Below, one piece after another: positions 1 through 12,058 of a stretch of DNA of 64,000 nucleotides. The first letter of the stretch is position 1; every line of letters starts with the position of its first letter. A program made the translations under genes and the position numbers. A model generated the notes under the pieces. The model saw only the letters and a list, made by a program, of their open reading frames with translations, did no database searches and was not told where the DNA came from. The DNA is from Macrostomum lignano (taxonomy: Eukaryota): assembly GCA_002269645.1 (NCBI GenBank), contig NIVC01002568.1, positions 59,682 to 123,681 of the forward strand, in the 5' to 3' direction.

Positions 1-2463
1 ACACCTGGCGCCAGTACTGCAGCAGAGAGGGCAATCAGTTGTTTAGTGAACACTTGCATATCAGATATAAAACGGCCCATTGAACTGCTTTTGAAGCTAA
101 GGGGGTGATGGTGGGAGCATTTTATAAGCTCGAAAGTAGTTGCATCGTCTAAAAATGCTGCTTGATGAAAATTTTAACGATTTTGACTATGTAAAATTTA
201 TAGCTTCTGGATTCGACCGCAATTTTTGCTTTTGGCGATGTGAAATTTCTAGCTTGTGAAGTTTTGATCGCATCAAATTCACTGCCTTCGAGGATGTGAA
301 CTTTTTGAGCCTGCAAAGATCTTACCGGATGGCAGCGGAATCCGAAGTGCACCGCGGGCAAATAGCAGCCGACGATGCCAACGCAGATGCCGGCCTGGTC
401 CAGCGCCAGCCAGCGCTTGAACGCCCGCTGGGAGTGGCAGCGAAACGTGTGGTAGCCGGCCGAGAGCAGCATGCACGCCTGATGGGGCGGGGCGCAGTGA
501 GGCATTGTGAATGAAATGCTTTAATAATCTGTTCTGATTTTGGTCCATCCTTTCTATTGGGTTCGACAATGCTTTCAGCGACGATAAAGTTGACAAGTTG
601 GACAAGTTGACAAAGCAAAGTCAGGTCGAACACTTCAAGTTTACCCAACAGTGTTGCCAAATCTGAGACTGGGTTGAAGGGCCGACTAGCCGTAGGCTTG
701 AACTTGTGGTCTAATAGGGAGTATCTTATGTGCGGATTGACTTGATGTGTCTGAGGCGTCGCCTGCTAATTGCCAATCAATAAGGGCTCGATATCCGGAG
801 TCCAGCGATGTAGGAGGGGAGGGGCGAGGAGGCAAGAGAGATTCTTACTCAAATATGAGCTCAGCTTTATGCATGTCTTTCAGCTGTTGGCGGTCGCATA
901 TGGGGAAAATCAGATGATGAGAAGTGCATTGAGAAGCACAGATAGACAATAAAAAAGGATTACACCTGCCCAGTTGGGTCAGATGTGCAACTGACAGCTC
1001 AGCCGCAGCTATTGCACGGCGCATCTGAAGGCTGCGTACGGCTGCTCAATCCAAAGACTGGGGGGCGGGGGGGGGTCCGCCACACACGCTCGATTGCCCC
1101 AGCTAATTCTGGTACCCATTTTACAGCTGAGTGGACTGAAGCAATGCAGAGTTATCTGTAAGTGTCTAGCTCAATTGCACAAATTGTTCCAGTACGATCG
1201 GGAATCGAACCCTCGACCTTCAAGTCGTGAGTCAAATGCTCTAACCACTAGGCTACACCCCATTGCAGATAGAAACAGCTAAATTTCACCAATTCAGTGC
1301 CAGCGCCAACCCAGGAGGCTCCCCAGGCTCACCTGAAAGCAGAGCAGGGAAGCGGCCGTTACGACTCTGTCGCTGCGCTGCTCACCCCGAAGCCAGACAG
1401 GCTCGCAGAGATCCATCAGCATGAGCACAAAGAATAGAAAGAATGCCAGCAGATGTGACCAGATGTTGACTGTCTCATTGGTCCACAGGAACATGCTGGC
1501 AATGGTGCAAGTAGGCGAAAATGCATGCAATTCAGAATAAACACTGGCGACCATCAGCCCATTTCGCCAACCCCTGAGCAGACGACGCTCAGCGCACACG
1601 CTGCATCTCGGTGGTTGGACGTCATGAGTAAAACAAATCGCCCACCTCCTGGCCAGCATTGCTGCGCCAACTCCAAAATTAATTTGGACGTGCAGCGAAA
1701 TCGAATCAGGGAATTCCAAAGTGTACTGGCGAAATAGGAATGCTTCAGTTGTTAGCACAAAAGAATATACTTCCCAACAACTTTCTAAGATCATTTTAAA
1801 GCCGTTTAAAATCAATTCTAAGCCGTTATGCGTTTGGCCCAATGCGGTTTCACAAGCTTACCGACTGTCATTTCGGAAAGATCACTACTGCAGACTGACA
1901 AACTGGCCTACCTCTCCAATTTGCTTCTTTCTAAACGGATTTTCTCGACTAACTGCTCCAGTTCGAAAGTTGTCCATGGAACCCCCATTTGCAGATGGAA
2001 TGCAGTCAAATAATTCGTGTAGAAACTCTCAGTACTTCTGTTTCATTCCGATTTTTTTTAGAATTCTAAACTTATCAGCCTCCAATCAGACAGCAACTTA
2101 ATATGTATATTGGAAGTTCACACGATGATAAAATCCCTAGCTATTGCCCCGTCTCAAAGCGAAACCAGGTCTCCGAAAATTATTTCATAAATTTGAGTTG
2201 TGGCAGGCAACTCACCTCTTGAGGCACTGGAAGGCAGTCAGGTAGCTCGTGTAGCCATTTCTCAGATAGGCATTGTGCTGCAGGAAATGCGGTACATCGT
2301 CCAGCCTTCTTACTACAATTGGGTCGCCCTGGCAGGAGGCTGGTAGACTGCAGCGCTTCAACCTGAACAGGTCCTCCTCATTGACCTCCACATCCAGAAT
2401 GAGGCAGCGGGATGAGCCATTGCGGCCTGCATGCTTGTACTCTGTGCGGACTGAGGCTGGCAT
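1..2463 (-). CDS. PAQR3: Progestin and adipoQ receptor family member 3-like (HlyIII/PAQR 7TM protein), 3' part outside window. Exons (minus): 2463-2216, 1495-1333, 478-326, 16-1(truncated)
   Basis: GT-AG junctions join in phase (AAG AG|C ATG; TTT CAG|GCG; CAT CCG|TAC) to give ...VPHFLQHNAYLRNGY...CLKSMFLWTNETVNIWSHL...CMLLSAGYHTFRCHS...LDQAGICVGIVGCYLP...YWRQV, the PAQR signature motifs. Start codon 2463 is tentative. Confidence 0.88.
945..1260 (-). mobile_element. tRNA-derived SINE with CORE-like central domain, in PAQR3 intron
   Basis: Minus strand 1260-1189 has an A box (TAGCCTAGTGG) and B box (GGTTCGATTCC), but the anticodon stem does not pair. It is followed by TTGAGCTAGACACTTA...CTTCAGTCCACTCAGCTGTAAAATGGGTACC (1180-1111), resembling the CORE domain. 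A T-run occurs near 950; the 3' boundary is approximate. Confidence 0.65.
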
Positions 2464-3354
2464 GGCAGCAGAGAGGAAGACAGGGTAGCTTAGCTGAACC
2501 TCTGAGGCAGGTGTGCACTCAAGTATTAGCAATGTTGGCATTCATCTAGCAAGTGGGCTTTTGAAAAATGAAATAGATGGAACCTTTATATGAAAATACT
2601 AATATGCAGTAGAATTCAGTTATTAAAGCAGCCAATGCTATACATGTTTTCCTTAATTTATAAATATTATAAATCATATTCATATATTAGATATCTTTGG
2701 CACCAAAGCTCATTTGACAAATTGTAGCTTAATATGAATATTAAGATGCTCCATTAAATATACTTTAAATAAACTTTCTATTCTCATCTTAAAAAATGTT
2801 AGAATTTGATAATGCCTATAATTATTTTATCTTTTTAATTATTTACATTTAATAATCCAAGGTGATAACCTTGGAAAAACTACTTTTCTAATTTAGACTT
2901 TTTGTGGTATAAATTTGAATATCAATCTATTATATAGCTTATATTGATCTACCACAATACACATTGCATGCCATTTGTGTATGCTCATAACTACACTTTC
3001 TTCAGTTGCACAGATATTTAAAAATAAAATGCATCTTGTGTATGCTGACATTTTTAAATGCATGCCAGAAAATTTTGGCATGCACTATATCTTCTAGAGA
3101 TAGGTATATACCATAGTCTGGATCATGCTAGATGCACATCTAAACAAAAATTGATAATTATAAATGCACGCCAAAAAAATTAAGTGTATGCCCATTTTTA
3201 AAACTCCACTAGTGTTGCAACATATGACCTATTTAATGTTATAATAAAAATGACCTTTTTCATTGCATAATAAATCCTTTTGATAGATAATTTGGTTAAT
3301 TTTCCTGCTTTTTGGCAAAACAATTTATAGTGAAAAATTGATATATGCAAAGAT

Positions 3355-4326
3355 TTGTTTAAATGCCCTATTGTGAGCTTAAAAACCCAGAAAGTAGGAA
3401 ATTTACATTCAAAAATGAACTTTGCCTCAAAAATGAAAAAAGCTAAGAAGGACAAGTTTTTTAAGTTAATCAATTCTACTCATGAGAATATCAAATTCAC
3501 GATGGAGGGGGGAGGCAGAAGACTTCCTTTCTTAGACATTGACGTTGACGCCACCAATGAAACTATTTCGACCAGCGTGTATAGGAAACCTAGCTTTACC
3601 GGGCTTATGCTTAGGTTTGACACCTTGTGCCCTAGACAATGGAAAACTGGATTGATTCGTTGCTTTCTTCACTGGGCTTTTTCCACTTGCAGCTCTTGGA
3701 GACTTTTCCACAATGAAGTTGAAATCCTCACCAATCTGCTCAGCTACAATGGCTATCCTAAGAACTTTGTAATGAAAATTGTCAACTCTTTTCTTAATGA
3801 CAAACTGACTGAACCTACTCGGATGAAAGTTCGTGATTCCACCTCTGAATGTCCCTTGATCACTTTGCCTTACTTTGGTATTTGTTCTATAGAGTTTAAA
3901 AAGAAGTTAGAAAAGCTGCTCCGTAAAGACTTAAACATTCAAATCTGTGTTGTGTTTCGCACCGAAAAGATTGCTAAGTTTGTCTGCAAGTTGAAATCCA
4001 GTGTTCCACATCCTCTCGCAGCTGGTGTCGTGTATAAATTTGTTTGCTCTGAGGACCAGAGCATCTCCTACATGGGAAAAACTAAACAACACTTATACAC
4101 GAGGGTCAGAGAGCACTGGCTAAAAAACTCTGCTATTAACGAACACCTACTAACCTACAATTCTTGTTGTGAGGCTGAACCACACGAAATGATAAAGGCT
4201 ATTGATTTTTGTAATAGAGATCACATGCTCTGCCTATTAGAAGCCCTGTACATTAAGACCAAACAGCCCACATTAAATAACCAACTTGCGATGGGTGGGG
4301 CTAGCTGTCAACTCAGAATTTTTTAG
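3355..4326 (+). mobile_element. Penelope-like element, 5'-truncated: RT C-terminus/thumb plus GIY-YIG endonuclease
   Basis: ORF contains INSTHENIKFTME...LPFLDI...TSVYRKPSFTG (PLE RT end), LITLPY linker, and VVYKFVC...YMGKTKQHLYTRVREH...LLEALYI...PTLN (GIY-YIG). The RT catalytic core is absent; homology starts near 3445. Confidence 0.92.
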
Positions 4327-4515
4327 CTGATTTGTCAATGACCGGACTGGCTTGAAACTGATATGCACTTTACCCAACCAATACTATATAAAAAAAATTG
4401 ATTACTATGTACAAGTTTTAAACCATCAATTAAAAACTCAATTCAACTACTCTTGTTACTCTCAACTATCTATATATACTGAATATTCGTTCAAATTGTT
4501 TCTTAAATAAAAAGA

Positions 4516-4555
4516 CCCTGACAATGTCCTAATGCAAATAGACGAAATGCATCGG
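4516..4555 (+). ncRNA. Candidate minimal type I hammerhead ribozyme in the PLE 3' region
   Basis: CC-CTGACAA-T-GTCCTA(ATGCAAA)TAGAC-GAAA-TGCATC-GG: core boxes, stem II, palindromic ATGCAT stem III, AUC cleavage triplet and a 2-bp stem I. Position G8 is A. Confidence 0.55.
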
Positions 4556-5000
4556 CAACTCAAATAATACTTCATGTTGATATTTACCTTTATTTATGAA
4601 CTTTTTTTTCACTTTTTTCTACTTCACAATAACTTTTCTGCAATTTTATAAAGTGCATGCAAGGTGTATTTTCTTAGGAGTGATACACACCAACTATGCA
4701 TGCCTACTTTTGGCATGCAAAGCCAATGCACGCCTAAATTTTTGGGCATATACTACATGATCTGGAGTGTGGGGTGTATATAGTGTGCAAGACAAAAATT
4801 CTTAGATTGTAGTGCATTCACTATATTATAAGTATTATAGCATATTTCTATTTTCTATAATATTCTATAACATGTTTAAATCTTCATATTCTAGAAAGTT
4901 CTCCAACTAAACAACGCGCGTATATGGTATAAGATAGGCCTAGCGTACAGTAAGTACAATACTTATATTCTAGAAACTTCCGCGTAAACACGCACTTTCT

Positions 5001-5183
5001 ATATTTGGCATTTTGAACTCCTGCGTACCCCTTTCTAAAAACCACTTCTCGAACTTTCCGGATTCCGGAACACTGTTAGGGTACTGTATATTTATATACG
5101 TGTTGATAGAACATTCCGGAATCCGGAAAGTTCGAGAAGTGGTTTTTAGAAAGGGGTACGCGGGAGTTCAAAATGCCAAATAT
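5001..5183. repeat. Inverted repeat, 70-bp arms (5001-5070 / 5114-5183), 43-bp spacer; MITE-like
   Basis: The arms are reverse complements with one mismatch. Confidence 0.9.
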
Positions 5184-6371
5184 GCCAAATAATGCCAAAT
5201 AACACGCAATTACTCAATTCCCTCTATTCTTTTCCACACGGAAAACAATCAAAGAAAAATTAAAGCAAATGAACCACCGCATTTCACGCCTCAATTATTT
5301 TCCCAATCTTACAATATGCATACTGCATAGTGTTTACTTGGGATTATGTATAGCAACAAAATGATGATCCTAAAGTTTAAAACATTTTAACTACTTTATA
5401 TGTCTAGGCCTAGGCCTATTGCCTATAATATAATGTTAGAGGGCCTATTCTATAGTATAAAGTATCATAGGCTATCAATTATTGATATTGTTGAGTTGAC
5501 ACAATTTACTAGGCCTAGCCTACTGAATACTCCCAGATTACTATAACCTTTGGAAAACATAGTTAAAGTTATAGAGTTGCAAAACTTTCCAATACATTTA
5601 TAACTTATTTGTATAATATATTTTTCCTAAGGCCAAGGGCCCAAGGGGCATAGACACTTCTAAAGGCTTTTCACAAAGATTGGTTCTAGAACCAGAATAA
5701 TTCCGATTCCAAAACTAGAATCTGTAGGAAAATGAAAAGCCTCGAACCGATTTTATGTTTGTCAGTCTTACAATTTAATTTAATTTTGTCCTTCACTTTA
5801 CTTCACTTTGTTTCTCCTCTTGTGGATATGAGAAAAACAATAATAATAGGGCCTAAAACAATAAAAAATTAATGATTTAAAATATATTTTACTGTTAAAG
5901 TGTAAACATGACAGTAAATCCAGATTCCAGAATTCCAGAACCAGAGCACGGTTCTGGAATGGATTCTGAAAATGGAACAGACAAAATGAAAAGCTTCGAA
6001 CCGTTTCTGGTTCTGGAATCGGTAACGGTAATATGAAAAGCCTAACTGATTTTTATGAATTGTGCCAAAACTTTAAGCTACTAGTAGACTTTGTGCTAGG
6101 GCTACTTGAAATTGAAACTGCTTACTAGGCAGGCCTACTTTAATTTTACTTACCTAAACTGGCTAACTTCTAATCTGAAATCTGAATTTTTTCCAGTATT
6201 CGCATTTCCTCGAAACTCATTTCATCATTTCATATCTGCTCTACACCGTTTATAACGACAACAAGAGCTTTCTATAGTGCTAGAAATGAGCATAATTTCT
6301 AAAAAGAAATTAAAAATCTGTTCATATATTTGCTTACAAAAATAAATTAAAAAAAACTAAAAAATATTTTT

Positions 6372-6526
6372 AAATATTTAAATTTCAGAATCATAGCGCG
6401 GTTTTGGAGCCGATAATCAAAGCCTATCATCGCTTTTGGCCTATTAAGGCCTATTACATGTAGTTGCCAAATAGGCTTTAATTATCGGCTCCAGAATCGC
6501 GCTATGAAACTGAAATGTAAATATTT
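6372..6526. repeat. Imperfect inverted repeat (~55-bp arms); MITE-like
   Basis: TCATAGCGCGGTTTTGGAGCCGATAATCAAAGCCTAT (6391-6427) vs the reverse complement of 6471-6507, 3 mismatches; pairing extends into the AT-rich flanks. Confidence 0.75.
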
Positions 6527-7229
6527 TTTAACATATTTCTCAACAACTTTAATTTCGCTGCAAGCGATTATGATGTCCAAAACTGGCGCGTCGTCAACTT
6601 AGACAAACTCGAAACCTGTTTTGGAAAGAAATGTGCAGCGAGTGAATATCACTGCATTTAAAACTTTCTAGATACCGTATGAAGCTTACATATAGGAGCA
6701 CAGCACGTACATTGCTGATCGGTTAGACCTGTTTCTTTTATTCCATTCTCTTAATGCAGTGTTCCCTAACTCCATTGATCGCTAATTGATCATCTGCGCG
6801 CCTGCAGGAAATAGATCGAACAATTTTCAGTGAGTACGATAAAATCAAAATGGATGCTGTATACATGGATCTGCAGTGGTTTCGAAATCGAAAAATTTAT
6901 AAACTTCCTCAGAAGCGTTTTTTTAGTTTGAACTGACCGCGTGCACCTGACCGACATACTCGTACTGTGCGTAACGCACACTAAATTTCTCCCCCTTCGG
7001 AATAGACTGTGAGGAAGAAAATTGATTAAAAAGAAATTCTCGAAAGACTGAATCTGTGAATTAAATATTGAGGAAGTAAAATATTTTAATTAAATGCAAG
7101 AGCAAAAATACATGTATTTCAAAAACCCACAAGGCATATTTTTAGAAAAAAAGTTAATTTCAGACAACTGGATTCACAAATTCAGTCCTTGTAGATGTTC
7201 ACGCCACCCTGAAGAGCAGCGCGGGGGTG

Positions 7230-9400
7230 TGGGCACAGCGCCAGGCGAGGGCTCGCCTCGTCTGGAGCTCTCGGTGTAGCGGTCTGCGTCTTGGGCGCCA
7301 CAGCGCCGGCCAAGTTGGCTGACGACGACTTTGACCGCCGATCCAGGCGTAAGCGGCAGCGAGTTGCTGGCCACCCGCTGCATGCACCGTCCAGGCACCT
7401 CGAATGGCGCCTGCGTCTTGACGGCACAGACCCACCCTCGCAGCATCGAGTCGCCGACCTGGACGTTGTGCCGCGTGGCTGCACCCTTGCATGCTGCTTC
7501 ATCAACGCCTTGGCGCCGGCATCCGCTTTTCTCAGCCGCTGCTCGTTGATGCCGACTCGCTGAGAGCTGGACGGGCAGCGGGATTGCGTCGTTTGGCCGC
7601 CGACTCATCAGCAGCTCGGCTGGTGCGCGCATGATGGCCGTGTACGGTGTATTCCTGTAGGCCAGCTGCAGTCACTCGTCCAGAGCGGCCCTCCAGTCCA
7701 GCCGCTCCTCGATGGCTGCTCACACGACTCTGTTGATGGAGCGTGAGTCGCTCTATCATGCCGTTGGCCGGAGGTTAGTAGGGCATGATGAGGTGGTGCT
7801 TGATCCCGTAACTCGCCAGGAACCGTCCAAACTCTTTGGACGAGAATGGCGGTCCATTATCTGTCAAGAGCTCTTGCGGGATCCCGAAGCCAGCAAACAT
7901 CTCTCATAGGCGGGGTAATCAGTGCCTCGGCCGTCGTCGTCTGCATGATGCCTCTGGAAACCTCGAGTAGCGGTCCACGCACACCAGAAACATTTTGTTG
8001 TTGATGGGTCACACAAAGTCGGTGCTAATCGACAGCCAGGCTCCCGCGAGGAGGCGCGGCCCAGAGGCGATTACCGGGAGGCGTGGCCCGGAGGCTGGCG
8101 TGTGCGACTTTACGGCGTAGCTGCGGTTATATCAACTGACAAACTTCTCCGCTTGAGTTGCCATCCTCAGCCACCAGATCTTTATGCCGAATCTGGCGAT
8201 CGTCTTTTAGGAGCCCTTGGTGATAGTGACCAGCTGGCACGACGATTCGCTGGTGCCGAATGAGGACTCCATCCACCGCGGACAGCTCCTCTTGCAGCGC
8301 GTGGAGGGACCCTATCTGGGCTCTGGAGCGATCTCAACGACCGCTTTGTGTCACCGCTACAGCCGCCCGGATGACTCTAGTCGACGCTCTTCCTGGTCAG
8401 GCGCCGCAGCGATTCCGCCACCTTGGCTAGCTGTGGCGTGAACACGGCGAGGTAATTCACGAGGCCCAGGAATGAGCGTTGGGGCTCCTTGAAGTCTTAA
8501 ACGGCGGCAACCTTGCTTTCAAGCCGCATTCCCATGAAATTTGCCCACCGAGTCTGCCAGGTGAATCGGACCTTCGAAGGCGCATGGCAGACCAGGCGGG
8601 CGTTGTCGATGAGGTTTACCTGGTATGTTAGCAGGCGGTCCGTGAAGCAGCCAAAGTCGCTAAACACGCTGGCGTGCTTGAGCAGTTTTCTGACGATGTC
8701 CTCGACGTGTCCTTGGTGCACTCCGCTAGATCTCGCCGTTAGCCGTCGACGGCAGGCTCTGCATCAGCGATCTGCAGTACCTGCTGGCCGGCTGTCGGTG
8801 GTGGCCCCACCTGCAGGATGTCCATCCGAGTGGCCGTCTCCCTGCCAATTATGGTGATGCTTTTTCCTTCGACGATGTGAAACGTGGCGACTGCATACCT
8901 GCCGGTCGAAAATGGGGACGGTCGTCGCCGTCTTGCCCAGCAGCTGCATGCCGGTCCGACCCGTACACGAACAGCCTGTCTGAGGTGGCCTGCAGGCGCG
9001 GCCGCTGTCTCAGACTCTCGAACGTGGCCCGTTTGATCACATTTGAGCCGTTCCGCTGTCAATCAACACCGACAGTCTGGAGCCGTTGATCTCCTGGGTG
9101 TGCCGACTTCTCGACCCCAAATATGCCGGCGTCCGGGTCGTCCACCTTCTTGTAGCTGGTCTCGTCTTGCAGCGTCGCGACGGCGCTGGAGTCGCTCTGC
9201 GGGCGTCCTGCCTGGGCCTGCAAGCTCACGCGAAGTGGCCGAGCTTCGCGCACTTTTTGCGGCTCTTGCCCTGCGCTGCTATGCAGGTGGGGCGCCCCGG
9301 TGTTAGGGTTTCTGTTCTCCGGTGTTTGTTTTCTCCGGCCCGGAGATCCAACACGAAAAATCACGCGATTTTGCGATCGCCCGCACGGATATCAGGAACC
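7230..9400 (-). mobile_element. Degenerate Ty3/Gypsy LTR retrotransposon internal region (gag-protease-RT ends-integrase), RT core/RNase H largely deleted
   Basis: Minus-strand fragments: CDQTGHVRE (Zn knuckle relic), ATFHIVEGKSITIIGRETATRMDIL (protease end), RSFLGLVNYL (RT thumb), MFLVCVDRYSRFPE...FGIPQELLTDNGPPFSSKEF...PPANGMIER (integrase DDE), NVQVGDSML (integrase C-terminus). Multiple stops and frameshifts. Confidence 0.85.
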
Positions 9401-10546
9401 ATGACATAAGATATGGTTAGAGATCGCCGCCATGCTAGACTCTCCGGAGTATCATCTTAGAAAATAAGAGCTATATAAAATTTTTCTGATTTTAGAAGCC
9501 CAGGATGTGAGCAGCCTAGCTTGCGCAACATTCTTCGATAAGTTCATCTATCTAGTACATAGTACATTCACATGCCCTGTGAGGGCTAAATTTAGGGTTG
9601 GTCAGACTTGTGCATCATTTTTCGTTTCTTTGTGCATAAGTCAAATGATTTGATTGTCATATAAGCAGTGAAATAAAAAGTATGATGAGCAAAGAGAAAA
9701 GATGCGACAGCGTCATTTGGTTTCGGCTGCTGGAGCTCAAGAAATCTTAGAAATTAGTCATGCGACGAACACTAGTTTTTTTTCTCGTAAGCTTCGAGAT
9801 GCGAATTTCAGGGCAAAATATTTGGCTTTTTCTTTTCCATAGAGCATTGATTCTAAAGATGCTTCTGTACAGGCTATTCATTGTTACTGTGACCTGGTCA
9901 TAACCTGGTCATACGAAAAACCTATCGCAGACGTACAGGTACAGATGCCACTGGTTCTGTGCCCATCGCATCAGATAAATAGAGTCAAAAGACGAAATAA
10001 TAATTCAAAAAAGTTTTCAAATTGTAATTCTGAGTCTTGGTATTCAATAGTGTTTCTTGATGTCATGTTAATATTAGAGGCCTTTTTGAAAATGTATACA
10101 AAAGGTATATACTGAAGCTGTGACCTACAAAGCTTAATTAATACAATACTTGTAGATTTATTAAATAAGATATATCTGCAGAGATTTCAAAACAGTACTA
10201 TAAGCAAGGCGGAAATATAAATAAATATTTTAGATAAAAGAGACGTGAACCAAATACGAAAAACACTCTGAAAAAAGATCTGCATTCAATGATAAGAATC
10301 TTTCCATGCCCGCTGTATAGAGAGGGCCCTAACAAAAAATTATAAAATTCTTTTAGCTACCTCAATCTGTAGGTGAACTATTAATGGCATCCAATATACC
10401 TGTAAAAATATTTAAACATTTTTTCGTATCACTACGGTGCAGAAAAAGAAGCTTTTAAATCGGTTTTAGGCAATTAAAAAACCGCCACCACTATTCGCGC
10501 TATCAAATTCCTCATCATAGTGGCATTGGATAACTATTGTTTGTCA

Positions 10547-12058
10547 TCAAGCTCTGTAACTGAAGATTATCTTGTGGGCCGCCGGAGTCCTGATTGAGTT
10601 GCCCTTGAATATCTCTGGGTCCTCCGTGAGGTCCCACAGGGTGCGGCTGTCCTGGGGATCCAGGCTGAAGCGGTAGCGCTGCATGAGAGCAGAAAAGAAG
10701 ACGAACAGCTCCATCCTCGCTAGGCTTTCGCCGAGGCAAGCCCGTCTGCCCAAGCCGAAAGTGGCCAGGTGAGGACACGGCACAAACTGGCTGTCCTTTA
10801 AGTGCCGCTCCGGAAGGAACTTAGTAGGCTCCGGGAACAGCTCGGGATCGTGATGGATGGAGTACACATTGAATGCACAGATACTGTCAGCTTTCAGTGG
10901 AACTCCGGACACAGTGATATCTGAGGTGATTCGGTGCAAGACCCCCAATGGCACTAAAGAGGCTCTCCGATGGACCTCTTCGATGGCTGCTTGGGTGTAG
11001 TGCAGCACGGACCTGTCTTGCATTGTCGGCAGCCTCTCGCGACCAATTTTCTCGACGATCTCTTCGTACACCTTGTCGGCTACGTCGGGATTTTCGATCA
11101 TAAAGAGGATGGCCCAGCGCAAAGTGTTTGCTGTCGTGTCCGTGCCCGCTAGGAACAGCTCCGTCACTGCCATGGCCAGTCGTGTGTCGTTGAACAGCTC
11201 CGGCCGGATGTTCTGATGCTGCAGGTGTGCCTCTATGTAGTCCTTGGCGCGGTCCACCTTCTCCATCTCGGCCGCGTGCTTGTCCCGCTGCTGGCAGCAG
11301 TAGTCGTGCAGCTTTTTGAAGTTTGCCAGCGTCACAGAAGTGCTTGGTAGGAGCTTCAGCAGCGGTAGCAGCATCGGAAGTCTGTCAACCACCGCCAAGA
11401 CAGACAGTACAACACTCTGTGTGATGTTCGAGCTGCCAGCCTGAGAGATTTTGTGAAACACATCGAGCAGCTCGTGGAAATACGGATCTTCGGAGGCCAG
11501 GCGTGAACCGAACACGAGCTGGCAGATGATGTTGCTGGCGGCGGAGCTCATGAGGACGGTTGTGTCCATGGGAGCTCCGGCGGCTGCTTCAATTGAGCGG
11601 TGCAGATGGTCGGTCTCAACAGCGATGATTTCTTCGGCTCCGCGCCGCCCGAAGCCGAAGTCACGGAGCGTCTTCAGAGTAAATCGGCGGTACTCCCGCC
11701 AAATCTCCCCGTCAGACATGACAATACCACCGATGTCGCCGAAGACACTGGCTGCAAGTGTCTGGCTCTGCCGGCCGCTCAGCTGCTCTGCATTGTCCAC
11801 CATTGCTTCTTTGAAGGCCGACCATCTGTTAAACACGTAGACACACTGCGTGCCAAAGTAGACGCGAACAATTGGCTCTGTGCCAAATCGCTCGTAGAGG
11901 GACAGGTACATGGGCTCCGGCAGGTGGCGCAGACTTCCGATCATGGGGTACCTGCCAACCGATGGCGCATCCTTGCCGTTGAAGCGCTTGCTGCTGAACC
12001 AGTAGAAGCCCAGAGCCGCCGCACCGCCAGCGATCGCCAGAGTTGTTGCCGTGGCCAT
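10547..12058 (-). CDS. Cytochrome P450, clan 2 (CYP2-like), single exon, 503 aa
   Basis: N-terminal hydrophobic anchor and Pro hinge, WREYRRF (C helix), ELFLAGTDTT (I helix), EVHR (ExxR), FLPERH, and heme motif FGLGRRACLG. Confidence 0.96.
   Translation of the reverse strand: MATATTLAIAGGAAALGFYWFSSKRFNGKDAPSVGRYPMIGSLRHLPEPMYLSLYERFGTEPIVRVYFGTQCVYVFNRWSAFKEAMVDNAEQLSGRQSQTLAASVFGDIGGIVMSDGEIWREYRRFTLKTLRDFGFGRRGAEEIIAVETDHLHRSIEAAAGAPMDTTVLMSSAASNIICQLVFGSRLASEDPYFHELLDVFHKISQAGSSNITQSVVLSVLAVVDRLPMLLPLLKLLPSTSVTLANFKKLHDYCCQQRDKHAAEMEKVDRAKDYIEAHLQHQNIRPELFNDTRLAMAVTELFLAGTDTTANTLRWAILFMIENPDVADKVYEEIVEKIGRERLPTMQDRSVLHYTQAAIEEVHRRASLVPLGVLHRITSDITVSGVPLKADSICAFNVYSIHHDPELFPEPTKFLPERHLKDSQFVPCPHLATFGLGRRACLGESLARMELFVFFSALMQRYRFSLDPQDSRTLWDLTEDPEIFKGNSIRTPAAHKIIFSYRA

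Noticed and set aside
1189-1260. Functional tRNA-Val(CAC) gene
   Set aside because: The anticodon stem (TTTGA/CTTGA) cannot pair, and the sequence continues into a SINE-like body.
6985-7000. Polypurine tract / LTR boundary for the Gypsy relic (and TGGCGGCG PBS-like motif near 9432)
   Set aside because: The PPT is not adjacent to a TG start, and no matching LTR pair could be found.
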